From an uncultured Candidatus Saccharibacteria bacterium (GTDB taxonomy: Bacteria; Patescibacteriota; UBA1384; CAILIB01; JAUSJZ01), in the NCBI GenBank assembly GCA_964421635.1, contig CAYQWZ010000001.1:7267-71266 (forward strand): DNA of 64,000 bases, in the 5' to 3' direction. Under the pieces are notes generated by a model. That model was not told the origin of the DNA. It ran no database searches and saw only the letters and a program-made list of their open reading frames with translations. The translations under genes were made by a program, and so were the position numbers. The first letter of the stretch is position 1, and every line of letters begins with the position of its first letter. Shown here piece by piece: positions 40,590-49,665 of this stretch.

Positions 40590-41525
40590 TTATACAAAAT
40601 TATTTATTAAATCTTTAACGCTAAGTGATTTCATTTTCTGCAGACTCTCTAAATGATGATAGTTTGAGTTTCTATCAGTATCTATAACTGGCCATTTCTT
40701 ATTTTGATTTCCGTATCCTATTAACCGTATATTGTTCTTGCTAGTGAATATATGATTATTTATGAGTTCATCATCAGTATTGCTAATATTTCCTTTATCA
40801 AGGCTTAAAATAAATGACTGTTTGCTGATTTTTATTTCTCTAACTAATTCCTTAAGACTATTAACCCAATAATCACATGCAACAATATTTTTCAATTCAT
40901 TATTTTGATCTAATATCATCCAATTTTTGAATTTGCTATTTGACTCTAATTGACTGACGAAAAACTTGTGTTGTTTCTGCTGCTTAAGGTATTCGATTGT
41001 ATCTTCAGAAATATTGTCTGAAAGAATAACTAAATAATCACCAGGTAGTAGGTGATAGTCTTTATTTATTTTGATGTTATTGGAATTACCGTCTGAATAA
41101 GTCCCCAACTGTTGATTTAGAGCTTCAATAATTTTAGGAGTAAGTTTTGGTTTTATCAGAGTGTTTGCATCAACACGGTTATAGGTTCCAATAATATGGA
41201 GATAGATTTTTTTATAAGGGAAGTTATTTTTAAAGAATAATGTTGTTTTCTCTAAAACGTTATATTTTTCCTCGTCAATGAATAGATGGATTGAATTTTG
41301 TAGTCGAGTTGAATCGTATAAATTTAAATCTGTTACTATCTTTTGAGGATTAATCGTAACATTTGTATCTAGAATGTCTCTGATTGATTTATTGGCTTCG
41401 AAGTAGACTCTATTAGAATTGTTGTGCCATTGCGTTGAAAGATTTTTTAATCCAAAAACCGGAATAGATTGTTTTTTTGTAGTTATTAAATTTAAATCCT
41501 TAACTAAAATTAGCCCCTTTGACAT
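40590..41525 (-). CDS. Eroded cofactor-independent phosphoglycerate mutase-like protein (probably inactive)
   Basis: Next to enolase; colinear remnants KKIYLHII, PGDYLVI, FILSLDKGN; catalytic motifs missing. Confidence 0.5.
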   Translation of the reverse strand: MSKGLILVKDLNLITTKKQSIPVFGLKNLSTQWHNNSNRVYFEANKSIRDILDTNVTINPQKIVTDLNLYDSTRLQNSIHLFIDEEKYNVLEKTTLFFKNNFPYKKIYLHIIGTYNRVDANTLIKPKLTPKIIEALNQQLGTYSDGNSNNIKINKDYHLLPGDYLVILSDNISEDTIEYLKQQKQHKFFVSQLESNSKFKNWMILDQNNELKNIVACDYWVNSLKELVREIKISKQSFILSLDKGNISNTDDELINNHIFTSKNNIRLIGYGNQNKKWPVIDTDRNSNYHHLESLQKMKSLSVKDLINNFV

Positions 41526-41528
41526 AGA

Positions 41529-42659
41529 TTAAATTATTTCTGCCAGTCTTTTGTATTTGATTGCTCTTTCGGGTTTTGAATTTGCTCCCGATTTAAGACT
41601 ATCTGCAGATATGGCTACGGCTAAGTCTGCAATAAAAGTATCGTCCGTTTCTCCAGATCGATGTGAAACAATAGTGTACAAATTATTTTCTTTTGCAATT
41701 TTAGCAAACTCCAAGGTTTCACTGACTGACCCAACTTGATTTGGCTTTATTATTACGCCAGTGATTAATTTCTTTGAAATTGCATCTTTTAGTTTATTAG
41801 GATTAGTGACGGTCAGATCGTCTCCAATGATCTGTGTTCCTAAGCGTAATCCTACAACCTCTCTAGTTAATCTTTGCCAGCTTTCATCATCTTCTTCCTC
41901 AAAAGGATCTTCCACACTATATAAATTCCATTTCTTAATAATTTCAATCATTTCTGACACCGAATATCTGTCTTCTGCTTCGATATTGTTAGCTGCCACA
42001 TCGACAGACATTGTAGCAGTAGCCTGACTTTGCTCAATAGCCGTCTGTAGCATTGCCAAAGCAGCTTGGTCTCTGTCATCTGTTTGGTGCAAAGTTATAT
42101 CGAATCCTCCTTCCATACCTAACGGATTGCCCAATTTATCAAGTTCATTCCAAATCTTTTCACCTTCACCTAAGGTACAATTAACTAGCAGTTCCTGAAT
42201 GTCAGTGCTCTGTTTAGCATGCACACCGCCTTCTATCATTACCATCATTGGTTGGGGCTTAGCTTTTCTGGTAGCTGATTTATAATTACTTTGTTGTTTT
42301 AAATATTCGTGCAATTCAATCTTTATGTCGGCCGCTGCTAGCCGACAAAACAGCATCGATAGCGCTAATATTGTATTGCCACCTATTTTAGATTTATTAG
42401 CTGTTCCATCTTCTTCTATCAAAAACCTGTCGAATTCTGCCACACTTTTAAACTCTTTATTTAAAAGTAGTGTGTTTAGCTCTTCGTTTTTAGCTATTAC
42501 TTCATCGGGTTCTATTACAAAAGCTTCATCTTTCCCTGTAGAAGTGCCTGAGGGCACCTTAGCCAAAAAAGATTCATCACCAAAACTCGCCATTACCTGA
42601 ATGGTTGGCTTTCCTTTGGAATCAATAATTTCAGTAAACTCGAAAGAGGGGAATTTCAT
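41529..42659 (-). CDS. eno: Enolase (shortened)
   Basis: VPSGTSTG, GMEGGF, EDPF, GDDL, IKPNQVG, SHRSGET. Confidence 0.95.
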   Translation of the reverse strand: MKFPSFEFTEIIDSKGKPTIQVMASFGDESFLAKVPSGTSTGKDEAFVIEPDEVIAKNEELNTLLLNKEFKSVAEFDRFLIEEDGTANKSKIGGNTILALSMLFCRLAAADIKIELHEYLKQQSNYKSATRKAKPQPMMVMIEGGVHAKQSTDIQELLVNCTLGEGEKIWNELDKLGNPLGMEGGFDITLHQTDDRDQAALAMLQTAIEQSQATATMSVDVAANNIEAEDRYSVSEMIEIIKKWNLYSVEDPFEEEDDESWQRLTREVVGLRLGTQIIGDDLTVTNPNKLKDAISKKLITGVIIKPNQVGSVSETLEFAKIAKENNLYTIVSHRSGETDDTFIADLAVAISADSLKSGANSKPERAIKYKRLAEII

Positions 42660-43705
42660 TTACTCAGTTTTTGTTTAAAATCAGCAATAATGTCTACGGA
42701 AGTTGGGTCAACCTTATTTAATATAGCTAAATAATAACTAATATAGTCTCCAAAGCTTATGGCTTTTATAATCTCTTGTAATTCATTTTTAGATTCAAAC
42801 AACATTCGAGTTACACCAAATCGACGGTCTTTATAGAGTTGCTCAGTTAACATCATGCGTGTCTTATTATTTTCTTCGGTATAATTGGAATCTAAAAGAA
42901 TTAAATATAGGCTTTCACTAGCCATCGGCGGATATTCACTCCCAACCAAGGAATTATGATTCATTTCAGGTAATGTTTCGTAATAAGATGGCACCTTGGC
43001 ATTCTCATTCAAGTGAGATTTTATTCTTGCTGCCACACCGCATAATACTCCATCACCAATGATAATTGGAATTTTATTTTGTACCTTCTCAGCCATTTGT
43101 TTCGCCTCATTAGACCCCACTGGTATATTTATTGACCATTTTGTCTTTATCTCTTCTGCGACTTCAGCAATTGAATCGACATCTTCATTCGAAATGTTTA
43201 TGTGCCCCAACTTTTTTAGGACATTTAATAAGACTGCCAAATGAACATGAAGAGCAGCTCGCGGTTGAGATTTATAATTATGCAGAAAAGTTAGTGCCTT
43301 GTATTTCTTGGCTAAACCTTCCAACTTACCACCAGTAGTAATAGCAAACAGTTTGCACTTTTTTTCATAAGCTTCAATAAAAGTACTCAGCGTCTCTTCT
43401 GTGTCACCGGAATAGGAGATGGCGATTACTAATGTGTTTTTGTCTATATAGTTTGGTAGATGATAATCTTTGACTAGCTCAACTGGCACACTCGAAGTTT
43501 TAGCTAAAAGATCTTTAGCTATTGTTCCTGCTTGACCGCTACCTCCCATACCACTGATAACAATTTTATTTACATTTACATAATAAGAAGGAATGGGAAA
43601 TTTTTCTGCTTCTGCCCACCAAGTCATAAAACCAGTACAAAAGTTCTCAACATGGCTATACATGTTCTGCTTATCTTGTTTTGATATAACTATTGAATCT
43701 AACAT
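42656..43705 (-). CDS. Bifunctional phosphoglucose/phosphomannose isomerase (SIS)
   Basis: GMGGSG, SYSGDTEET, QPRAA, NENAK, PEMNHN, VDPT. Confidence 0.92.
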   Translation of the reverse strand: MLDSIVISKQDKQNMYSHVENFCTGFMTWWAEAEKFPIPSYYVNVNKIVISGMGGSGQAGTIAKDLLAKTSSVPVELVKDYHLPNYIDKNTLVIAISYSGDTEETLSTFIEAYEKKCKLFAITTGGKLEGLAKKYKALTFLHNYKSQPRAALHVHLAVLLNVLKKLGHINISNEDVDSIAEVAEEIKTKWSINIPVGSNEAKQMAEKVQNKIPIIIGDGVLCGVAARIKSHLNENAKVPSYYETLPEMNHNSLVGSEYPPMASESLYLILLDSNYTEENNKTRMMLTEQLYKDRRFGVTRMLFESKNELQEIIKAISFGDYISYYLAILNKVDPTSVDIIADFKQKLSK

Positions 43706-43722
43706 AGTAATTTCATTATAAA

Positions 43723-44895
43723 CTAAAAAACTAGGTTGTAAGCCGTTACGAGAAGAATAATTGCTAATACTATCTTTGCCACCTTGCCAATTTTTTTTGA
43801 AGCAAAAATTACTTTGTTAGTCAGTACTATTGCTAAGAATATCAATATATCATCTGCCATATAAAAAACATTGTAGGCTGTAATATAAGATAGTGCAGAA
43901 CCTAAACTTAAATTTGCATTATTTAAAATTGAGGTATACACAACTGGTAACCCTATTGAACACATCGCCTCAATAATATTCACCCCAATAGCCAGCACAA
44001 CTGCACCAAATATTGCGGCCAACATATTCTTGTCTTTCGCTACCTCCTTCAATTTCATGGTTATACTGCTTTTTTTCTTTGCGTCACCCACCTCGCATTC
44101 AAGGTTTTTGTTCTGCCAAAATTCTACAATCAGTTTTATAGCAACAATCAAAGCAAATATAGCTACAACTATCTCAAAATATTTAACCCAAGCTGTTCCT
44201 AATATTGCTAACCATTTGTTGACTACATTAAATATTCCATACCACATAGCAATAAATAAAAAGCTACTCACAAAGGATGCAACCAGGAATGCACCCCCAA
44301 TAAAGATTAATTTTTTACGCGATTTGAGGCTTACCAAAAAACCGAGTAATGCAATTAAGGCCCACATCGCACAAGGATTAAAACCATCAGCTAAACCAAC
44401 CACTAAAGTTAATATTGGTAAACTCAAAGATTTTAAATTCTTCTGGCCAAACAATGGTAATTGGTAGTTTTCATTAGCACATTCAGACGAATTAATTGAA
44501 CAACCGGCTTCATCTAAATTTTTATTGCTGACCTGACCATCAATTAATTTTATAATTTGTTGTCCACTATCTTGTTCAGTATTGAATCCTAGATAATACT
44601 GATCACCAACTATAACTACAGGTGTAAAACCATAAGTGAAATTATATTCTTTAGCCAAAGTATCATAGCGACCTCGGTCTCTTGAAGAATATATATCAAG
44701 CCTTTCAATGTTCAACTCATAATCTGCCGAGATTTTATTTAAAAAATCATTCTCGGCTTCACAATATGGACATCCATCTTTATAAATAAAGGTAATATCA
44801 ACTGCTTTAGCCGCAATTTTGGGTGGCAACAACAGCACAAAAAAAAGAAGGATTAGTGCAAAACGAATTGTTCTACCAAATAAATTGATCACCAA
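43723..44895 (-). CDS. Glutaredoxin domain fused to DsbD/CcdA-like transmembrane domain
   Basis: CPYC, then DGFNPCA and EAMCSIGLP within a multi-TM region. Confidence 0.8.
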   Translation of the reverse strand: MVINLFGRTIRFALILLFFVLLLPPKIAAKAVDITFIYKDGCPYCEAENDFLNKISADYELNIERLDIYSSRDRGRYDTLAKEYNFTYGFTPVVIVGDQYYLGFNTEQDSGQQIIKLIDGQVSNKNLDEAGCSINSSECANENYQLPLFGQKNLKSLSLPILTLVVGLADGFNPCAMWALIALLGFLVSLKSRKKLIFIGGAFLVASFVSSFLFIAMWYGIFNVVNKWLAILGTAWVKYFEIVVAIFALIVAIKLIVEFWQNKNLECEVGDAKKKSSITMKLKEVAKDKNMLAAIFGAVVLAIGVNIIEAMCSIGLPVVYTSILNNANLSLGSALSYITAYNVFYMADDILIFLAIVLTNKVIFASKKIGKVAKIVLAIILLVTAYNLVF

Positions 44896-45319
44896 TACCT
44901 ATATTATACTTTTCAACTGTATCAGACGCTAACTCTACAACAAAAAGTGCAAGCTCGTCTGATTGTTTAGCATCTTTCTCGGCCTTCATATTATCAAACA
45001 TTTCTATCACCACACCATTAGAGTCTAGCCAAAAAACATCTATATCAATTTTCATATTACGCATCCATATTCCCTGAAATTCTTTTTGATCAAAAATAAA
45101 TAGCATACCGCACCGATCACAAAGATTTTCTCTGTACATTAATCCTTCTTTTCGCTCATTATTTTCGTCCGCGATTTCCAAATAAAATTGAATATCATTT
45201 ACCGTTACTTTCAGATATTCGTTTTTTTCATCTTTTGGCCAAAAATATAATGCGCAAAAAGTTGCAGCCAGCAGAATTATTAACAATATTTTGTACATGT
45301 ATTCAGTATCCCTTATCAT
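44873..45319 (-). CDS. DUF192 family protein (start may be a few codons downstream)
   Basis: LEIAD..ERKEGLMYR, GMLFIF, WMRNM, VVEL. Confidence 0.85.
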   Translation of the reverse strand: MIRDTEYMYKILLIILLAATFCALYFWPKDEKNEYLKVTVNDIQFYLEIADENNERKEGLMYRENLCDRCGMLFIFDQKEFQGIWMRNMKIDIDVFWLDSNGVVIEMFDNMKAEKDAKQSDELALFVVELASDTVEKYNIGIGDQFIW

Positions 45320-45399
45320 TTCTGCATTGCCAAACTTATTGAGTATTGGCTGTTAGACTGGATTTAGTAATGACTTTCTGATTATGATAGTAAAGAATT

Positions 45400-46008
45400 A
45401 TGATCGATGTTGAACCAATCGTTGTCCATTTAAAAAGAAAAGAAGTCGCTATGGTGCCCTTTGACACCTGCTACGGCTTAATTTGTGATGGCACAGATAT
45501 AGATGCTTGTACAAAACTTTACCAACTTAAACAAAGACCTCGTTCAAAACCATCCGCTTTAGTAGTTAGAAAGGTAGAAGATATTAAGAAATATGCAGAG
45601 CTTTCAAAACGACAAGAGACAATACTACAAAGATTATTGCCCGGAAAGGTAACCGTCATCTTGAGACTCAAAGAAAATTCAAAGTTGCCTAGAAATTTTA
45701 TTCGTACGAAATACGATACTGCCTCTTTTAGAGTAGTCGAGTCTGAAGCTGTGGATGAGATATTGAAGAAATTCAAAAAACCACTTTTAGCTACCAGTGC
45801 CAATTTGTCAGGATATCCAGTGATTTTAAGTCGAGTAGATTTTGTCATGCATCCTTTCAACCAAGCTAGAGCCGATAGGGTTATGACTTTGCTGGAGGAA
45901 GTTTTTGAAAGACCTTCGCACTCTACCGTAGTAGATTTGACAACTGACAATCCTGAGGTAATAAGACCAGGCGCCGTCAGCTCAAGCGAGATTATGCAGC
46001 TTGTCTAA
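45400..46008 (+). CDS. tsaC: Threonylcarbamoyl-AMP synthase (YrdC/Sua5 family)
   Basis: PFDTCYGL, KQRP..KP, LPG..TVIL, TSANLSG, STVVD, IRPGA. Confidence 0.92.
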   Translation: MIDVEPIVVHLKRKEVAMVPFDTCYGLICDGTDIDACTKLYQLKQRPRSKPSALVVRKVEDIKKYAELSKRQETILQRLLPGKVTVILRLKENSKLPRNFIRTKYDTASFRVVESEAVDEILKKFKKPLLATSANLSGYPVILSRVDFVMHPFNQARADRVMTLLEEVFERPSHSTVVDLTTDNPEVIRPGAVSSSEIMQLV

Positions 46009-46012
46009 GTTC

Positions 46013-46041
46013 TTGCTTAAAAGTAGAATTAGTGGTAGCAT
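46013..46041 (+). promoter_or_regulatory. Promoter for tRNA-Leu
   Basis: TTGCTT-17 nt-TAGCAT with extended TG. Confidence 0.55.
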
Positions 46042-46062
46042 AGCGAGGTAAATTTTATGTAT

Positions 46063-46151
46063 GCCGCGGTGGCGGAATTGGTAGACGCGCCGGACTCAAA
46101 ATCCGGTGGGCGTTAAAACCCATGAGAGTTCAAGTCTCTCCCGCGGCACCA
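46063..46151 (+). tRNA. tRNA-Leu (CAA)
   Basis: GCCGCGG/CCGCGGC acceptor, CCGGA-CT-CAA-AA-TCCGG anticodon arm, long variable arm, encoded CCA. Confidence 0.97.
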
Positions 46152-46179
46152 GAATCCTAAATAATTGGGATTCTTTTTT
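46151..46179 (+). terminator. Intrinsic terminator after tRNA-Leu
   Basis: AGAATCCT..GGGATTCT followed by a T run. Confidence 0.7.
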
Positions 46180-46189
46180 ATTTCTAAAA

Positions 46190-46218
46190 TTGACAAGAAA
46201 ATGGTGTTTTGATAATAT
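46190..46218 (+). promoter_or_regulatory. Promoter of orphan gene
   Basis: TTGACA-17 nt-TAATAT; strong SD GGGAGGT just upstream of ATG 46244. Confidence 0.7.
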
Positions 46219-46243
46219 CTGAGCACGATCGAAGGGAGGTAAA

Positions 46244-46738
46244 ATGTTGCCTGATAGACAGCTACCAGATGAATTAAAGACAGCGCATGTCGTTGTCCCC
46301 TTAAGAGAAGTAGCTAATGTCGGCAGAACAGCGACAAAAAGGAATGTACATTTTCTCAATGAGAGTCTAAGGAGAATCTTCTCCAATAAACTGGGTCTTT
46401 CAGTTACAGCACCATTAAATGGCAGCATGCTAATTGGAGTGCACGATAACCATGAATACTGTCTTTGCCGCAGTTTTGCCACCGAAGGATATCCTAGATT
46501 ACACATCATTCCAACACTGATACAAATTGACACCATAGTAGACGAACTGTATCTACTTCTAGATTTAGAGGGACACATAGACAGCTATCGTCATCATGTA
46601 GATCACAACCGACAACATGAAGCTGAAAGGGCTTTATCTAGAATTAGAAGGTGGTTTCAACAAAGATTTAAGAGGGGACAAACTTGCCTTGATAGACATA
46701 CTCCATCTATTAGATTCGAAATCCCCATGACCGCCTAG
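46244..46738 (+). CDS. Hypothetical protein (orphan, His/Arg rich)
   Basis: Has its own promoter, SD and terminator; no recognisable family. Confidence 0.7.
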   Translation: MLPDRQLPDELKTAHVVVPLREVANVGRTATKRNVHFLNESLRRIFSNKLGLSVTAPLNGSMLIGVHDNHEYCLCRSFATEGYPRLHIIPTLIQIDTIVDELYLLLDLEGHIDSYRHHVDHNRQHEAERALSRIRRWFQQRFKRGQTCLDRHTPSIRFEIPMTA

Positions 46739-46752
46739 TAGGGCGGTTTTTT
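46730..46752 (+). terminator. Intrinsic terminator overlapping the orphan stop codon
   Basis: ACCGCC..GGCGGT followed by a T run. Confidence 0.75.
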
Positions 46753-46767
46753 AATCTGAGCTACAGA

Positions 46768-46796
46768 TTGACAAAGAGGGCATTTTATGGTATAAA
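46768..46796 (+). promoter_or_regulatory. Promoter for sortase
   Basis: TTGACA-17 nt-TATAAA with extended TG. Confidence 0.65.
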
Positions 46797-46811
46797 TAGA
46801 GCATCAAATAT

Positions 46812-47597
46812 ATGACAAATATGACATATTACCAGTTACAAAGCGAAGATTTAAGGCTTATTTTAAAGCCGGCAATTTCTAATCAAGACGCCATTGCAAA
46901 ATTCGATTTGCGAGTAAGCATAATCGGGTTAATAGGGGCCGCTTTGTTTATGGCATCTATTCAAGTTCCGGCTTTAATTACCTATAATAATACTCCAAAA
47001 TTACAGCCAAAAACCTATCAATTCAAAGCTAACGCCTATGAATTAAAACAGACAGACACTAAGCAAGATGATAACAGCAAAACAGACAACGCTGTCTCTA
47101 CAGTTAAGGATATTGACTTTTATTACACAGATTTAGGCATATTTTCACCTGTCACCTGGGAGATTGAATACGATAATACTCAAATTCAGCGCCACTTACA
47201 GAATGGCCTAGTACATATTAAAGACACCGCCAAACCTGGGCAAAGGGGAACTATTATTTTAACTGGTCACAGCTCAAATTTTGCTTGGGCAAAAGGGGAC
47301 TATAAAACAATCTTTGCTCCTCTTTTAAAGGCTCAGTTGAATCAAACAATCACAATTGAATTTGAGGATACAAAATATGAATATATCGTTGATCAAATCT
47401 ACGAAGTAACACCTAACCAAGTTGATTTAATCAATAATTCAAACGAATCCGATCTTCGTCTAATTACCTGTACTCCTTTGGGCTCTACTAAAAAACGCTT
47501 AATTATTGATGCCAAACAGGTTTCTCCAGACAGAAGCTCTAATTCAGAATTTAACTCAAACTCCATTGATACTCAATCAATTTTAGAGGTTCGCTAG
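46812..47597 (+). CDS. Sortase
   Basis: TM anchor; catalytic H (TGHSS), C (LITCTP), R (KRL). Confidence 0.9.
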   Translation: MTNMTYYQLQSEDLRLILKPAISNQDAIAKFDLRVSIIGLIGAALFMASIQVPALITYNNTPKLQPKTYQFKANAYELKQTDTKQDDNSKTDNAVSTVKDIDFYYTDLGIFSPVTWEIEYDNTQIQRHLQNGLVHIKDTAKPGQRGTIILTGHSSNFAWAKGDYKTIFAPLLKAQLNQTITIEFEDTKYEYIVDQIYEVTPNQVDLINNSNESDLRLITCTPLGSTKKRLIIDAKQVSPDRSSNSEFNSNSIDTQSILEVR

Positions 47598-47600
47598 GTA

Positions 47601-48326
47601 CTATAAAACTAAGGATATATCGTAAACCGTAGCCTTATCTTCTTGTAATACTATAAGTTCATCCCCTCCAGAAGCAACAATCAATTTAATAGGAAGATCT
47701 TTTTCAAGCGTAAATAACTTCGTACTATTAGACCCATCTATCTCAACAATTGACACTGATTTTTCATTCTTCATAATAATATGAGTCTTTTTGGTGTACC
47801 AAAATACTTGATCTACTCTATTGCTTGAGCGTTTAATTAGTACATCTGTTCCCCGATCTGTTCTGTATATTTCATTTCCTCTTATTACTAATCCTTCTGA
47901 AACAAGCCGCTCTTCATTCTCAACTTGAGCTTTTTGCGATGCTGAGGCTTCATGACTTTTTATAACAGTTGGAATAAATAAAATATCGTTAAAAAGCTTC
48001 GCTTCAGAAGGCCCGACATAAAAGGATTTCGTCCAACTCTCATATCCTTCATAGTCAAGCGTTAGAGAATAGTGCCCAGGTTGAAGATCACTAATAGCGT
48101 GCGGTAGCTCAACAGTCTTCTCTTGACCGTTAAGAGTATATTTAATAACAATTTTATCTCTGTTATGAGTTTGCAAATATATTGAACCCGTTTCTTTCAA
48201 AAAACCAGCCTTCCAGTTTACTCGGTAACCAGCTGCAAACATTAATACAAAAGCTGCTATCGCCCAAAATACGATAAGATATGCGATTTTGGAGAATGCC
48301 CATAACAGGGTTGGTTTCTGTGCCAT
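47601..48326 (-). CDS. PEGA domain membrane protein
   Basis: TM then AGYR..TGSI, LQPGHYSLTL..EGY..W; ATG at 48326 preferred. Confidence 0.75.
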   Translation of the reverse strand: MAQKPTLLWAFSKIAYLIVFWAIAAFVLMFAAGYRVNWKAGFLKETGSIYLQTHNRDKIVIKYTLNGQEKTVELPHAISDLQPGHYSLTLDYEGYESWTKSFYVGPSEAKLFNDILFIPTVIKSHEASASQKAQVENEERLVSEGLVIRGNEIYRTDRGTDVLIKRSSNRVDQVFWYTKKTHIIMKNEKSVSIVEIDGSNSTKLFTLEKDLPIKLIVASGGDELIVLQEDKATVYDISLVL

Positions 48327-48382
48327 CTGTTTACAGTATACATTCAATTTAAATTGCGCAAATTTGTTAGAATAGAATAACT

Positions 48383-49663
48383 ATGGCAACATTCAAAATT
48401 ATTGGGGGCAAACCCTTGAAAGGCACTGTTACAATTAGTGGTCGTAAAAATGCCGCTCTACCTATATTGGCCGCATCCTTATTAACATCTGGTAAGGTGA
48501 CAATTAAAAATCTGCCCCATATTGGGGATGTAAAGATAATGCTTAAGTTACTCCAAGCATTTGGAGCTCAAGTTAGCGAGACAGATAATCAGACAATTAT
48601 TCAAACAAAAGAGGTTTTGACATCTGTGTTACCTGACAATCTAGCCAAACAGCTGAGAGGTTCAATTCTGTTTTTAGGACCTTTAGTAGCCCGTACTGGC
48701 TCTGTAAATATGCCGCATCCAGGAGGGTGTATTATCGGCAAACGACCGGTAGGACTTCATTTTGATGTCCTTGAAACACTTGGTTCTAAAATTAAGGTTA
48801 ATACTGACAATACTTACACCGTGACTACTAAAAGAGGATTAGTCGGTAAACAATTCTTTTTAACAGAGGCATCTGTCACAGCTTCGGAGAATGCTATTAT
48901 GGCTGCTGTTATTGCTCACGGTACAACTGAGCTTGTTAATGTCGCGACTGAAGGTCATGTAGTGCAAACAGCAGAATTTCTACAAAAACTCGGTTATCAA
49001 ATTTCAGGCTTAGGCTCATCAATCCTTAAGATTGAAGGATCTGCTGGAAAATTGTCAACCAAAAATATTGAGATAGAAATTATTCCTGATGAAATAGAGA
49101 TCGGTACATTTATTACGGCAGCTGTTGTTACTCAGGGGAATATTACTTTACAAAATTGTGGTGATTCTGAAATTAACTTACCAATTAGAGCAATTTTTGA
49201 TCGCTTCGGAGTAAGAACTATTTATAATAAAGAGCAACAATCGATTATTATTCGTGGTCCACACAAATTAATGCCAACTCAGGTTGTTACTGGAACTTGG
49301 CCAAGCGTTCCTACCGATTTACAACCACCTTTGGCACTGCTAGCCACTCAAGTAAATGGCAACACCTTAATTCACGACTGGATGTTCGAAGGTCGCTTCG
49401 CTTATGTGGCTAGTCTCGAAAAAATGGGGGCTAATATACTAAATTGTGATCCTCACCGAATACTGATAACTGGACCTACAAAACTTACAGGCACATCTTT
49501 AGTAAGCCCAGACCTGAGAGCTGGCATCACACAACTAATTGCTGCCTTAACCGCCAAGGGCGAATCTATGATTGAGCACGCCGAGCTTATTGACCGCGGT
49601 TATGCTAATATTGTAGAGCGCCTACAGGCTTTAGGAGCTAATATAGAAAGGATAGCAGACTAG
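48383..49663 (+). CDS. murA: UDP-N-acetylglucosamine 1-carboxyvinyltransferase
   Basis: KNAALP, PGGCIIGKRP (active-site Cys retained), PTDLQ, DLRAG, IDRGY. Confidence 0.97.
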   Translation: MATFKIIGGKPLKGTVTISGRKNAALPILAASLLTSGKVTIKNLPHIGDVKIMLKLLQAFGAQVSETDNQTIIQTKEVLTSVLPDNLAKQLRGSILFLGPLVARTGSVNMPHPGGCIIGKRPVGLHFDVLETLGSKIKVNTDNTYTVTTKRGLVGKQFFLTEASVTASENAIMAAVIAHGTTELVNVATEGHVVQTAEFLQKLGYQISGLGSSILKIEGSAGKLSTKNIEIEIIPDEIEIGTFITAAVVTQGNITLQNCGDSEINLPIRAIFDRFGVRTIYNKEQQSIIIRGPHKLMPTQVVTGTWPSVPTDLQPPLALLATQVNGNTLIHDWMFEGRFAYVASLEKMGANILNCDPHRILITGPTKLTGTSLVSPDLRAGITQLIAALTAKGESMIEHAELIDRGYANIVERLQALGANIERIAD

Positions 49664-49665
49664 TT

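Noticed and set aside
40445-40656. ORFs 40468-40656 (+) and the 5' extension of the hydrolase to 40513
   Set aside because: Both are read through the tRNA-Ala gene
46096-46578. 160 aa minus-strand ORF
   Set aside because: Overlaps tRNA-Leu and is antisense to the ORF that has a promoter, SD and terminator
46712-46730. GATTCGAAATCCCC as a tRNA 3' fragment (attR of an island)
   Set aside because: Does not match the tRNA-Leu 3' end (TTCAAGTCTCTCCCGCGGCACCA), and no integrase is nearby
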